Shown here in pieces: positions 48,859 through 59,503 of a DNA stretch of 64,000 nt (positions within the stretch are counted from its first letter, which is position 1; every line of letters begins with the position of its first letter). Origin of the DNA: Spongiivirga sp. MCCC 1A20706 (lineage in GTDB: Bacteria > Bacteroidota > Bacteroidia > Flavobacteriales > Flavobacteriaceae); the NCBI RefSeq assembly GCF_046524175.1, contig NZ_JBEFZF010000002.1, positions 107,304 through 171,303 of the forward strand, given 5' to 3'. Made by a program: the position numbers and the translations under genes. Below the pieces are notes generated by a model. It worked only from the letters and a program-made list of their open reading frames with translations. It did no database searches and was not told where the DNA came from.

Positions 48859-49559
48859 TACAGACAAAGAACTTAAAAAAGAGTTTTAGAACCGAAGAAG
48901 TTGAAACTTTAGCGCTTAACAACGTAAACCTAAGTGTGGCCGAAGGCGAGTTTGTCGCAATTATGGGACCTTCAGGATGTGGGAAATCTACCCTGCTAAA
49001 TATTATAGGGATGTTAGATAACCCTACAGAAGGAACCTATCATTTTGCAAATCATGAAGTGGGTGGGTTAAAAGAAAATCAGCGTACAGGAATTAGAAAA
49101 GGAAATCTTGGGTTCGTTTTCCAGAGTTTTAACCTAATCGATGAATTAACGGTTTTTGAAAATGTAGAGTTGCCACTTATTTATTTAAATATGAAAAAAA
49201 GTGAGCGCAAGGAGAAGGTACTTAAGGTCCTTGAGCGAATGAAAATTGCACATCGCGAAAAGCATTTTCCGCAGCAGTTATCTGGAGGGCAGCAACAGCG
49301 TGTGGCTATTGCAAGAGCTGTGGTAACTAACCCTAAGCTAATTCTTGCTGATGAGCCAACAGGAAACCTTGATTCTAAAAACGGAATTGAGGTAATGAAC
49401 TTATTAACCGAGCTTAATCAAGAAGGGACTACCATAGTAATGGTAACACACTCTGATCGTGATTCGCATTACGCCCACCGAGTGATCAACCTTTTTGATG
49501 GACAAATTGTAACAGAAAGTCAGAACAAACCATTTGCAGCTGCGGCTCCATCAGCCTAG
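48855..49559 (+). CDS. ABC transporter ATP-binding protein (MacB/LolD-type)
   Basis: Walker A GPSGCGKST. Signature LSGGQQQRVAIARA. Walker B LILADEPT. H-loop VTHS. Confidence 0.9.
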   Translation: MIQTKNLKKSFRTEEVETLALNNVNLSVAEGEFVAIMGPSGCGKSTLLNIIGMLDNPTEGTYHFANHEVGGLKENQRTGIRKGNLGFVFQSFNLIDELTVFENVELPLIYLNMKKSERKEKVLKVLERMKIAHREKHFPQQLSGGQQQRVAIARAVVTNPKLILADEPTGNLDSKNGIEVMNLLTELNQEGTTIVMVTHSDRDSHYAHRVINLFDGQIVTESQNKPFAAAAPSA

Positions 49560-49735
49560 CGCAGTTTTTTAAAAAAGACATCAATCAACCAATTAAATCA
49601 GGACTTACAAGGTTTTAAAAATCTAAACATCATCAATCAAAAATCAATCAACCACAACCATAAACCTTGTAAGTCTTTTACCTATTAACCACTTGTGCTG
49701 AACATGTTTCAGTATCATCAAAAAACGAGTCAGTT

Positions 49736-52126
49736 ATGTTTAAAAACTATATCAAGATAGCCTTTAGAAACCTTTGGAGAAGAAGAGGGTTTTCTGCAAT
49801 TAACATTATCGGGCTTGCCGTAGGTTTAAGCGCAACGTTTCTTATTGTATTATACATCAGTTTTGAGCTAAGCTATGATACTTTCCATACTAAAAAAGAT
49901 AATATTTATCGTTTAATAGCTGATGTCGAAGTCCCAAATGATGTTTTAGAAATTGATCGCCCAGCACTGGCCGTTCCTTCTCATTTAAAAGATGACTTTG
50001 AAGAAATAGAAGACGCCGTTCGCGTAATGGGTCTATCCTTGGCGGTTCGAAATGGGGATTTAAAATTTAAAGAGGAAAATGCAGTTGCTGTAGACGCCAC
50101 TTTTTTCGACATGTTCGATTATAACCTAATACAAGGAGATCAAGTAACTGTTTTAAAAGAACCATATTCTGTAGTACTAACCCCCGAGACATCAAAGCGA
50201 TATTTTGGTACTGAAAACAGCATAGGCAAAACCTTAAAAATAAAAAATGAAGATATAAATGATTTAAGTTTTACGGTCACCGGCATTATGGAAGCGGCAC
50301 CACAAAACTCACGTTTTCGACCGGAGTTACTTATTTCTTTTTCTACTTATTTTGATGGGGTCATGACCAACATAAATGATATGTGGGGAACTTATGATCC
50401 CGAGGCGTATGTCCGGATAAACCCCAATGTAAATGTGGCACAACTACAATCGAAGTTTCCTGCTTTTTTAGAGAAACATACCGGGGACCAAATGCGTCAA
50501 GATAAATCGTTGGTTACCTTAAAAATGGAGCCATTTCAAGATGTGTATTTGCGGTCTAATCGTAATCAAGGATTGAGTGGTGACATGAATTCTATTTATA
50601 TTTTTTCAATAATTGCCATTTTTATACTGCTCATCGCTTGTATTAATTTTATCAATTTAACTACAGCCCGATCGGTAGAACGGGCAAAAGAAGTTGGAGT
50701 AAGGAAAGTAATTGGTGCAGAAAAAAGCCAACTGTCAAGACAGTTTATAGGCGAATCAATTATCATAGCGATATTAGCATTTTTTGTGTCAGTTGTTTTT
50801 TCGGCTATTGCCTTACCAGCTTTTAAGGAACTAGTGGGGAAGGAAATTAGTGAGGGAATTTTCTCAAATCCAAACTACATACTGGCCTTATTTATAACCT
50901 CATTGTTAATTGGCGCGCTTGCCGGAATTTATCCAGCGTTTGTACTTTCTTCTTTTAAGCCAGTTAATGTATTAAAGGGTAATTTTTCAACCGGAACTCG
51001 AGGTATTTTATTACGAAAAGGATTGGTAATTGCCCAGTTCACCATTTCTATTGCGTTGATAATAGGTACGATTGTAATCTATAAGCAAATGGATTATATG
51101 AGTAATCAAGAACTTGGTTTTAATAAAGAACATGTCGTTGTTTTAGAAACCGGTTATGTGCCGGAAAGAAAAATCCTTCAGCAAAAATTAAATAGAATAC
51201 CAGGGATAAAATCAACTAGTTATACCTCTAGTATTCCCGGGGTTCAAAGCAATGTAGCATATTCATTAATTGAAGATAGCACCAATGAACAGTTGGTGGT
51301 GCATATCGATGCTTTCTTTGTTGACTATGATTTTATGAATCAATACGGCTTAAAAGTCTTAGCAGGAAGACCATTCTCTGAAGATTTTGCAAAAGACTCT
51401 ACGTCTTCAATGATTATTAATGAACGAGCAGTAGCGCTATTGGGTTATGCCTCTCCAGAAGATGCGCTGGGGGCAAGTTTTTCTCAGTGGGGGAAAAAAG
51501 GAGAAGTGATTGGTGTGGTTCAAGATTTTCACTTTAAGTCACTACAGGAGAACATTAACCCTATGAGCATTACGGTTTCGCCATCAGGGGGAGATTTTTT
51601 ATCCGTTACCGTGAGCTCAAATGATATCGCCCAAACGATGGCTGGTATTGAGAAAGAATGGAATGAGGTCTTGCCAACAAACCCATTTAACTACTATTTT
51701 TTAGATGAAGCTTTTGACAGGCAATACAGAACTCATGAACGTTTTGGGAAGATATTTGTCAATTTCGCCGTATTGGCAATATTCATTTCGTGCCTTGGCT
51801 TATTGGGCCTTGCTGCTTATAGCATGTTGCAACGCCGTCGCGAAATAGGCATTCGTAAAGTACTTGGTGCTTCCGTTAGCACCGTGGTGAATTTACTTTC
51901 AATAGAATTTATGAAACTTGTAGGGATTGCATTTTTAATCGCTGCGCCCATTGCGTGGTTCGCGATGCGATCATGGTTAGACAATTTTGCTTATAAAATA
52001 GATCTGCAGTGGTGGATATTCGTTCTTGCAGGAATAACAGCATCAATCATAGCCTTAGCAACAGTTGGTTTTCATGCGGTTAAGGCATCATTAGCTAACC
52101 CTGTTCATAGTTTACGAGCAGAGTAA
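49736..52126 (+). CDS. FtsX-family ABC permease, MacB-like double-FtsX (paralogue 1 of 7)
   Basis: About 800 aa. MFKNYIKIAFRNLWRRRGFSAINIIGLAVGL N-terminus. Two 4-TM FtsX modules each followed by a periplasmic domain. Conserved C-terminal ANPVHSLRAE. Confidence 0.85.
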   Translation: MFKNYIKIAFRNLWRRRGFSAINIIGLAVGLSATFLIVLYISFELSYDTFHTKKDNIYRLIADVEVPNDVLEIDRPALAVPSHLKDDFEEIEDAVRVMGLSLAVRNGDLKFKEENAVAVDATFFDMFDYNLIQGDQVTVLKEPYSVVLTPETSKRYFGTENSIGKTLKIKNEDINDLSFTVTGIMEAAPQNSRFRPELLISFSTYFDGVMTNINDMWGTYDPEAYVRINPNVNVAQLQSKFPAFLEKHTGDQMRQDKSLVTLKMEPFQDVYLRSNRNQGLSGDMNSIYIFSIIAIFILLIACINFINLTTARSVERAKEVGVRKVIGAEKSQLSRQFIGESIIIAILAFFVSVVFSAIALPAFKELVGKEISEGIFSNPNYILALFITSLLIGALAGIYPAFVLSSFKPVNVLKGNFSTGTRGILLRKGLVIAQFTISIALIIGTIVIYKQMDYMSNQELGFNKEHVVVLETGYVPERKILQQKLNRIPGIKSTSYTSSIPGVQSNVAYSLIEDSTNEQLVVHIDAFFVDYDFMNQYGLKVLAGRPFSEDFAKDSTSSMIINERAVALLGYASPEDALGASFSQWGKKGEVIGVVQDFHFKSLQENINPMSITVSPSGGDFLSVTVSSNDIAQTMAGIEKEWNEVLPTNPFNYYFLDEAFDRQYRTHERFGKIFVNFAVLAIFISCLGLLGLAAYSMLQRRREIGIRKVLGASVSTVVNLLSIEFMKLVGIAFLIAAPIAWFAMRSWLDNFAYKIDLQWWIFVLAGITASIIALATVGFHAVKASLANPVHSLRAE

Positions 52127-52181
52127 TCAATCAATCAATCAAAAAGCTGAACTTGTTTCAGCATCAAAAAACGAATTAGTT

Positions 52182-54611
52182 ATGTTTAAAATATATCTTA
52201 AAGTAGCCTGGAGAAACTTAGTAAAAAATAAGCTTCAGTCGTTCATAAACATATTAGGTCTAACCGTTGGAACACTTAGTTGTTTATGCATATTAGTTTA
52301 TGTTTCCGGTCAATTGGGGTACGATAAACATTATGCAGACGCAGATTCAATTTACCGAATACAAACTCATATTAATATGAGTGGTGAAATTGTACAAAAT
52401 ACGCATACAGCTACTAGCGGACCTCCAATAGCATTTGCGATGAAGGAAGATTTTCCTGAGGTAGCGGAAGCCTGCCGACTTGTTTACTTCGGTGAAGGAA
52501 ACGAAAGTTTAATGCGAGCAGCAGATAGTAATACAGGCTATTATGAGCCCAGAGGATATGTAGCAGATTCTACTTTCTTCAATATTTTTAACTATCCGCT
52601 TATAGAAGGAACAGCAAAAGATGCATTGTCATCGCCAAGTTCAGTGGTTCTATCATCAGAACTGGCAAAAAAGATATTTGGTAATGAAAAATCGCTGAAC
52701 AAAGTACTAGTATTGGGGGCGGGCGAAAACGCAATGAACGTAACTGTAAAAGGTGTTTTTGATGAAAATTTTGGAAAAACACATCTGAACCCAAACTATG
52801 TTTTAACGATGAATTCTCCTGGCTTAGGAGAGTTTGTGCGTAATGAAGATAATTATGCGACTCAAAACTTCACTCATTCATATGTAAAGCTAATTCCCGG
52901 TGCAAACGAAGTCTCTTTAGAAAAGAAACTTCCGGCATTTTTGCAAGAGCGTGGTGCTGAAGATTTGGCACAAGTGGGGTTCGATAAGAGACTAAGCTTA
53001 CACCCTTTAACTGAAATTCATTTATACTCAAAGGGAATTGCCAACCAAATAGACAAAGTGTCCAATATTCAAACGCTATATATCATGTTGATACTAGCAT
53101 TGATTATTCAGGTAGTTGCATGTATCAATTTTATTAATCTAAGCACCGCAAGAGCCAATAAAAGAGGTAAAGAAATAGGTGTAAGAAAAGTCGTTGGGGC
53201 AAAAAAGAGCTCTTTGGTGAGACAGTTTTTAGGCGAGTCATTGTTTTTATCACTTTTTGCGACATTAATCACAATACCACTGACCATTATTCTGCTTCCT
53301 TTTTTAAATGAAATTACTCAGGGGAGTGCAACTATAATGGATGTACTAAATGTCAAAATCCTTATTGCGCTTTTGGTACTTGGGGTGATTACTGGATTGG
53401 TAGCCGGTTTTTATCCGGCACTTGTTTTATCATCGATAAAACCGATCAAGGTATTGAAAGGTGTGGTGAACCTTAAGTCTTCTAATGGAAACTTCAGAAA
53501 AGCACTAGTTGTTTTTCAGTTTATAGTTTCTATTGGGCTCATTACGACGGTAATTATAGTCTCTCAGCAAATAAAATATGTACAAACTAAGGACATTGGT
53601 TTTGACAAAGAGAATTTACTGGCAATTCGTTTAGGAACAGATGAGCTTTCTAATAAGTACGATGCTATCAAAACTCAAATCTCTAAGGTTGCAGGTGTTT
53701 CAGAAGTTACAGGGAGTAATCATTACCCTTCAGAATTTATATTGGGCGATTTAGGGATGCATCTTCCCGGTGGTGACCCTTCGCAGCAAACACTTGTGCA
53801 TTATACAGGAGTATCTGAAAATTACTTCAATACGGTAGGCACTCCTTTGCTAACAGGTAGAAGGCTTCGCGCTAACGACAGTACCCAAGTATTAGTAAAT
53901 AAATCGACCATTGATGCCTTTAATATTCCGCTTGATAAAGCCGCCGGTGCCAAACTGGTGCAAAGCTATGAAGGTCAAAGTACCGAATATGAAATAGTAG
54001 GCGTTGTAGAAGATTATCACTTTGCAAGCCTAAAAGAAAGTATAGAACCCATGCTGTTGTTTTATGAAGATGAACCCAACTGGGTGGTTTTAAAAACCGA
54101 AACAAAAGATTTAGCCTCTTTGCTGTCGAATTTAGAAACAAGCTGGAAATCAGTGAATCCCTACGCTCCTTTTGAATATACATTTATTGATGATAATGTA
54201 CAGAAAATGTTTGCTGAAGAGCAACGTCTTAGTAAGATAGCCAAGGTGTTTACGTTCCTTGCAATTTTAATTAGTTGTCTGGGCTTATTAGGACTTATTT
54301 CGTACATCGCCGAACAAAAGAAAAAGGAAATAGGAATTCGAAAAGTTTTAGGAGCCAGCGTGCAAAGTGTGGTGAAATTAATCACTAAAGATTTTGTGAA
54401 GTTAGTGGTCATTGCTTTCGTAATTGCATCGCCTATTGCATATTTTTTAATGAATCAATGGCTAGAAGAATTTGCCTATAAAATAGACATCAGCTGGTGG
54501 GTTTTTGCCTTAGCCGGAGGAGCAGCAATGATCATAACACTGTTTACTGTAGGATTTCAATCCATTAAATCTGCAGTAGCCAACCCAGTGAAGAGTTTGC
54601 GTACAGAATAA
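52182..54611 (+). CDS. FtsX-family ABC permease (paralogue 2)
   Basis: Same architecture. Ends NPVKSLRTE. Confidence 0.85.
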   Translation: MFKIYLKVAWRNLVKNKLQSFINILGLTVGTLSCLCILVYVSGQLGYDKHYADADSIYRIQTHINMSGEIVQNTHTATSGPPIAFAMKEDFPEVAEACRLVYFGEGNESLMRAADSNTGYYEPRGYVADSTFFNIFNYPLIEGTAKDALSSPSSVVLSSELAKKIFGNEKSLNKVLVLGAGENAMNVTVKGVFDENFGKTHLNPNYVLTMNSPGLGEFVRNEDNYATQNFTHSYVKLIPGANEVSLEKKLPAFLQERGAEDLAQVGFDKRLSLHPLTEIHLYSKGIANQIDKVSNIQTLYIMLILALIIQVVACINFINLSTARANKRGKEIGVRKVVGAKKSSLVRQFLGESLFLSLFATLITIPLTIILLPFLNEITQGSATIMDVLNVKILIALLVLGVITGLVAGFYPALVLSSIKPIKVLKGVVNLKSSNGNFRKALVVFQFIVSIGLITTVIIVSQQIKYVQTKDIGFDKENLLAIRLGTDELSNKYDAIKTQISKVAGVSEVTGSNHYPSEFILGDLGMHLPGGDPSQQTLVHYTGVSENYFNTVGTPLLTGRRLRANDSTQVLVNKSTIDAFNIPLDKAAGAKLVQSYEGQSTEYEIVGVVEDYHFASLKESIEPMLLFYEDEPNWVVLKTETKDLASLLSNLETSWKSVNPYAPFEYTFIDDNVQKMFAEEQRLSKIAKVFTFLAILISCLGLLGLISYIAEQKKKEIGIRKVLGASVQSVVKLITKDFVKLVVIAFVIASPIAYFLMNQWLEEFAYKIDISWWVFALAGGAAMIITLFTVGFQSIKSAVANPVKSLRTE

Positions 54612-54659
54612 TCAATCAAACTTAGCCGAACTTGATTCAGCATCAAAAACGAATACGTT

Positions 54660-57044
54660 ATGTTTAAAAATTATCTAAAAATAGCTTGGAGAAATCTTCG
54701 CAAGCGCAAAGTGTTTGCCTTTATCAATATTTTTGGTTTAGCACTTGGATTTGGAAGTAGTATTTTGATTTATATATTTCTTAATTACCATCTTTCCTTT
54801 GATAAGTTTCATGAAAATTCGGACAGAATTTACAGAGTTAATACCGAAGAACATCGTGATGAGATTGAATACGAAGCAAGTGTCCCTCCTGCTTTTGCTA
54901 AGGTGTTTCGAGAAGATTATCAGTATGCAGAAAAGGTTGCAAAAATTGTATTTCAAGATGGTCTGACCATTAATGCCGAGGCAAATGGGAGAACTACAAA
55001 GCTAAAGGAAGATATCGCATTTGTAGAGGCCGATTTCTTTCAAATTTTCAATTTTCCACTTTTAAACGGACAAAAAGTTACGGGGCTTGAGGCTCCAAAT
55101 ACTGGTGTTTTGACAGAGAAAGCTGCTGCACGTGTTTTTGGTAAAACTGATGTAGTTGGCGAGACATTTGTTCTTGATAATAACAAAACGATAGAGGTTG
55201 TCGGGGTGTTAAAGGATCTTCCTAAAACAACCTTCTTAAATTCTGAAATGTTTGTATCCTTTCAGAATGTGAATGACATTTTTGAGTTCGCAGGAGGTGA
55301 AAATTGGGGAGGCATTACCAGTAATTTACAATGCTATGCGCTACTTAATCCGGGACAAAATGTTAGTGCAATTGAAAAGGCGCTTGAAGAACTTCCGGCA
55401 AAACACAGACCAAAAAGTAAGAATCGTCATGTATATAAGCTACAGTCTATTTCAGACATTCATCTAAACCCCGATTATACAGGGATTGATCCTGTGATTT
55501 TATGGGTTTTCGGCATCATAGGGGTTTTTCTGTTAGCAATAGCCTGTATTAATTTTGTAAATATATCAACAGCTCAAACCTTTTACCGCTCAAAGGAAAT
55601 AGGAGTGCGTAAAGTACTGGGGAGCTTTAAAACGCATCTATTTTGGCAGTTTTTATCTGAGACCTTTGTAATTAGCCTATTTGCAATATTAGTTGGGATT
55701 GGACTTGCGCTGGTTTTTTTACCATCATTTAATAGTCTTTTCGAGCTCCAACTGTCATTTCAAGACATTTTAGACTATAAGTTTTTCGCATTCTTGATGG
55801 GAGCATTAATGCTGGTTTCATTTTTATCAGGTAGTTATCCGGGTATCATCATGTCTCGTATTGTTCCCGTTCTAGCATTAAAAGGGAAGGTGGATCATAA
55901 TGATACAGGAGGTGCGTCAATCAGAAAGTTTTTAGTAGTGGCTCAGTTCGCAATTTCTATTGTTTTAATTGTGGCAACGCTTATTATTTCAAGACAAATA
56001 GACTATGCAATTAATACAGATTTGGGCTTCGATAAAGAGTCTATTGTAATGTCTGAAATTCCTGCAGATATCGAACCAGCTAAATTTGAAAGCTTAAAGC
56101 TAAGGCTGGCTAAAATTCCCGGAGTACAAAATGTTTCGGCTTGCTTAAGTAGTCCTGGCGGAGCGGTAAATAATTGGGGCACCAGTGTAAAATACAATAA
56201 CAGACCAGAAGCTGAAGAGTTCAGTATTCAAGCCAAAATAGCCGATGTAAATTATCTGGAAACTTTTGATATAGAACTGGCTGTTGGCCGCAACTTTTTT
56301 AAAAGCGACTCGATTTCTGAGGTATTAGTTAATGAAAAATTTGGACAAAAGATCGGAGTGGCATCTTCTGATGAATTAATAGGTAAAAAAATAGAAGCCA
56401 ATGGGGGAGATATTAATGCAACAATTGTAGGAGTCGTTAAAGACTTTCACGATGCAAACTTCACTCAAGAGATCCGACCCGTGATGATTGTAGCAAATCA
56501 TAATTGGTATGGTGAGATCGCATTAAAGATCAATCATCAAAGTACAAAAGCGACCCTAGGGGCAATCGAAGCTGAGTGGCTTACTGCCTTTCCTGATTAT
56601 ATTTTCGACTATCGTTTCTTAGATGAGCGTGTTGCCGAGCAGTACGAGACTGAGCAACGCTACCTTGCACTTTCTAAAATTTTTGCAGGCTTAGCTATTT
56701 TCATTGGTTGTTTAGGGTTGTATGGACTCATCCTATTTTTTGTAGGACTACGCACCAAAGAAATTGGGATTCGAAAGGTTTTAGGAAGCAATGTAGTAAA
56801 CATCTTAACCTTGTTTACAGTTGACTTTTTTAAGCTTATTCTTATCGCAGGAGCTTTGGCAACTCCGTTTGCTTGGTATTTGATGGAACAATGGCTTCAA
56901 GGATATGCCTATAGAACCAAAATACATTGGTGGTACTTTGTGTTAGCAATTGCTGCGGTAATGCTTATTACGCTTATAACTATCAGCTATCAAACGTTAA
57001 AGGCGGCCACAACAAGCCCAATTAAAAGTTTACGCACTGAATAA
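54660..57044 (+). CDS. FtsX-family ABC permease (paralogue 3)
   Basis: Same architecture. Ends SPIKSLRTE. Confidence 0.85.
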   Translation: MFKNYLKIAWRNLRKRKVFAFINIFGLALGFGSSILIYIFLNYHLSFDKFHENSDRIYRVNTEEHRDEIEYEASVPPAFAKVFREDYQYAEKVAKIVFQDGLTINAEANGRTTKLKEDIAFVEADFFQIFNFPLLNGQKVTGLEAPNTGVLTEKAAARVFGKTDVVGETFVLDNNKTIEVVGVLKDLPKTTFLNSEMFVSFQNVNDIFEFAGGENWGGITSNLQCYALLNPGQNVSAIEKALEELPAKHRPKSKNRHVYKLQSISDIHLNPDYTGIDPVILWVFGIIGVFLLAIACINFVNISTAQTFYRSKEIGVRKVLGSFKTHLFWQFLSETFVISLFAILVGIGLALVFLPSFNSLFELQLSFQDILDYKFFAFLMGALMLVSFLSGSYPGIIMSRIVPVLALKGKVDHNDTGGASIRKFLVVAQFAISIVLIVATLIISRQIDYAINTDLGFDKESIVMSEIPADIEPAKFESLKLRLAKIPGVQNVSACLSSPGGAVNNWGTSVKYNNRPEAEEFSIQAKIADVNYLETFDIELAVGRNFFKSDSISEVLVNEKFGQKIGVASSDELIGKKIEANGGDINATIVGVVKDFHDANFTQEIRPVMIVANHNWYGEIALKINHQSTKATLGAIEAEWLTAFPDYIFDYRFLDERVAEQYETEQRYLALSKIFAGLAIFIGCLGLYGLILFFVGLRTKEIGIRKVLGSNVVNILTLFTVDFFKLILIAGALATPFAWYLMEQWLQGYAYRTKIHWWYFVLAIAAVMLITLITISYQTLKAATTSPIKSLRTE

Positions 57045-57065
57045 TCATCATCAAAATAATCAATC

Positions 57066-59480
57066 ATGTTTAAAAGTTATCTAAAAATTGCTTGGAGAAG
57101 CCTCCTAAAGAACAAGGGGTTTACGTTCCTCAATATTATTGGACTTTCGGTTGCATTTGGTGCTGCTATACTACTCAGTATGGCCGCACTTTTTGAGTTA
57201 TCGTACAATCAGTTTCATGAAAATACCGACGATATTCAGCAAGTGTATATCACTTCTCAGCGAATCAAAGGACCCGAAGCAAATACCTCACATCCTATTC
57301 CACTTGCATCAACCTTAAAGGAAGAAATACCTGGAATTTCAAAAATTACGAGGCATTTAGAAGAAAACACCTTGCTCGCCTATAAAGACAAGGAGTTAGG
57401 AGCTGATCTTACATGGGTAGATCCCGATTTTTTCTCAATTTTTTCATTTCCGATACTTGAGGGAAACAGCCAAAACCCTTTTGAAGAAGGAAATACCGCT
57501 GTATTAGCTAGGGAATTAGCAACTGCCGTTTTTGGTGATGACAATGCAATTGGTAAGACCATAAATTTAATGGTTGAAGGCCAGGCAAGACCTTTTCAGG
57601 TAACTGCTATTATTGAAGATGCACCACAAAACAGTACAATGGATTTTGAGGTTTTAGTCAATTTCAAAAATATACCGGGTCATGATGAAGCAATGGACGA
57701 TTGGGGATCTAGCAATCATCAAGTATTTTTAATATTAGATGAAGGTGTTACCACGGCACAATTTGAGACTGCCACAAATTCATTTGTCAATTTACATTAC
57801 ACCAATGAAATTGAGAATGCAAAGCGTGATGGCGTTTCAGTAGATAAGGAAGGTCAATATGTAAACTTAAGCTTATCTCCTTTTAAGGATGCTTATTTTA
57901 CCGGTTACTCAAGAGGTACTGCGACCACTAATAAAAGTCTTCCATATATCGTTTTAGGAATCGCTTTTTTAATCCTGTTTATCGCTAGTGTGAACTTCAT
58001 TAACATGAGCATCGCCAAAAACACAGGGCGACTGCAAGAAATTGGAATGCGAAAAACATTAGGTGCAGCAAAACGACATGTATTCTTTCAATTTTGGAAT
58101 GAGAGCATTTTAATATTTCTGGCAACTATTATTATAGGAACCTTATTAAGTGCATTGTTACTAGACGACTTTAAAATCTTATTCAGAACAGGAGCGACCT
58201 ACAGTAATACCTTTTCTCCAGCGATTTTAACCGGCGCGTTTATCATATTTTTTATCATAACATTAATTGCTGGGGGTTATCCCGCACTGTTGCTTACTAA
58301 ACTAGGAACACTTCAAGCCCTAAAAGGAAAGTTAGAAGTAAAAAGCGGTAACGCTTTGCGCAATGTGTTAATGGTCGTGCAGTTTGCAATTGCAATTTTG
58401 TTAATCAGTGGCACATTTGTGCTGTGGGGGCAACTGGAGTATATGCGTACCAAAGATCTTGGTTATAATAAGGAGCAAGTTGTATCAGTGCCTTTAAACG
58501 GAAAGAAAAACTCGTACACCGCGGTTCAGTTATTACGGGAAGAGCTTTCAGGAAATAGTAATATTCTAAGCGTTTCAGGATCAGATAATGCCTTGGGGCG
58601 TGGTAAAGATGGAAGCGCCTATATAAGTCGATTAGGCTTCGATTATAAGGACCGTTCAGTCAAAACTCATATGTTGGTGGTAGACTATGATTACCCAAAA
58701 ACACTCGATCTAGAATTGATCAACGGACGAACTTTTAATAGAGATTTTGCTGCCGATAGCTTATCGGTAGTGATTAACGAGGCAATGGCGAAAGAACTTG
58801 GAGAAGAAGATCCTGTAGGAAAGCGTTTCATTCTTAGTGATAGTATCAATTATACAATCGTTGGACTTGTTAAAGATTATCACTTCCATAAATTGGATAA
58901 AACAATAGAACCTCTCACTCTTTTCATGAATAATGATTGGGATCTATACTATGCATATATCAAAGTAGCACCTGAAAATCTCGCTTCATCATTTAGTGCA
59001 ATTGAAACCGCATGGAAGGCCATAGAACCGAATGCGGAGTTTTTGGGTTCTTTTTTAGATGAGAATATCGACCGTGCATTGCGTCGTGAAAAAATAATGA
59101 TCACCATCATCACTAGTGGGGCAATTGTAGCAATTATTCTTAGCTGTATCGGATTGTTGGCAATTTCACTTCTGGTGGTTAACCAACGCACCAAAGAAAT
59201 TGGGGTTAGAAAAGTGGTAGGAGCCAGTGTCGCTTCGCTTGCAGTATTACTAGCGAAAGACTTTGTAAAGTTGGTTGTTATAGGATTTGTACTAGTGGTG
59301 CCTTTTGCTTGGTTCGCTGCAAAAAATTGGCTAGAGGGCTATACCTATCATGTCGACCTTTCTATTTGGTTTTTTATTGCCGCAGGAGCATTGGCGGTTC
59401 TGATCGCATTAGCAACCATTAGTACAGGGACAATTCGGGCGGCATTGCAAAACCCAGTTAAGAGTTTGCGTACAGAGTAG
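57066..59480 (+). CDS. FtsX-family ABC permease (paralogue 4)
   Basis: Same architecture. Ends NPVKSLRTE. Confidence 0.85.
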   Translation: MFKSYLKIAWRSLLKNKGFTFLNIIGLSVAFGAAILLSMAALFELSYNQFHENTDDIQQVYITSQRIKGPEANTSHPIPLASTLKEEIPGISKITRHLEENTLLAYKDKELGADLTWVDPDFFSIFSFPILEGNSQNPFEEGNTAVLARELATAVFGDDNAIGKTINLMVEGQARPFQVTAIIEDAPQNSTMDFEVLVNFKNIPGHDEAMDDWGSSNHQVFLILDEGVTTAQFETATNSFVNLHYTNEIENAKRDGVSVDKEGQYVNLSLSPFKDAYFTGYSRGTATTNKSLPYIVLGIAFLILFIASVNFINMSIAKNTGRLQEIGMRKTLGAAKRHVFFQFWNESILIFLATIIIGTLLSALLLDDFKILFRTGATYSNTFSPAILTGAFIIFFIITLIAGGYPALLLTKLGTLQALKGKLEVKSGNALRNVLMVVQFAIAILLISGTFVLWGQLEYMRTKDLGYNKEQVVSVPLNGKKNSYTAVQLLREELSGNSNILSVSGSDNALGRGKDGSAYISRLGFDYKDRSVKTHMLVVDYDYPKTLDLELINGRTFNRDFAADSLSVVINEAMAKELGEEDPVGKRFILSDSINYTIVGLVKDYHFHKLDKTIEPLTLFMNNDWDLYYAYIKVAPENLASSFSAIETAWKAIEPNAEFLGSFLDENIDRALRREKIMITIITSGAIVAIILSCIGLLAISLLVVNQRTKEIGVRKVVGASVASLAVLLAKDFVKLVVIGFVLVVPFAWFAAKNWLEGYTYHVDLSIWFFIAAGALAVLIALATISTGTIRAALQNPVKSLRTE

Positions 59481-59503
59481 TTTTTAACCAAAAAATTAAA
59501 AAA

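Noticed and set aside
52127-52181. aatcaatcaatcaatcaa iterations as a CRISPR or microsatellite array
   Set aside because: Only three or four short iterations, confined to the spacers between permease paralogues. No repeat-spacer organisation and no cas genes in the window.
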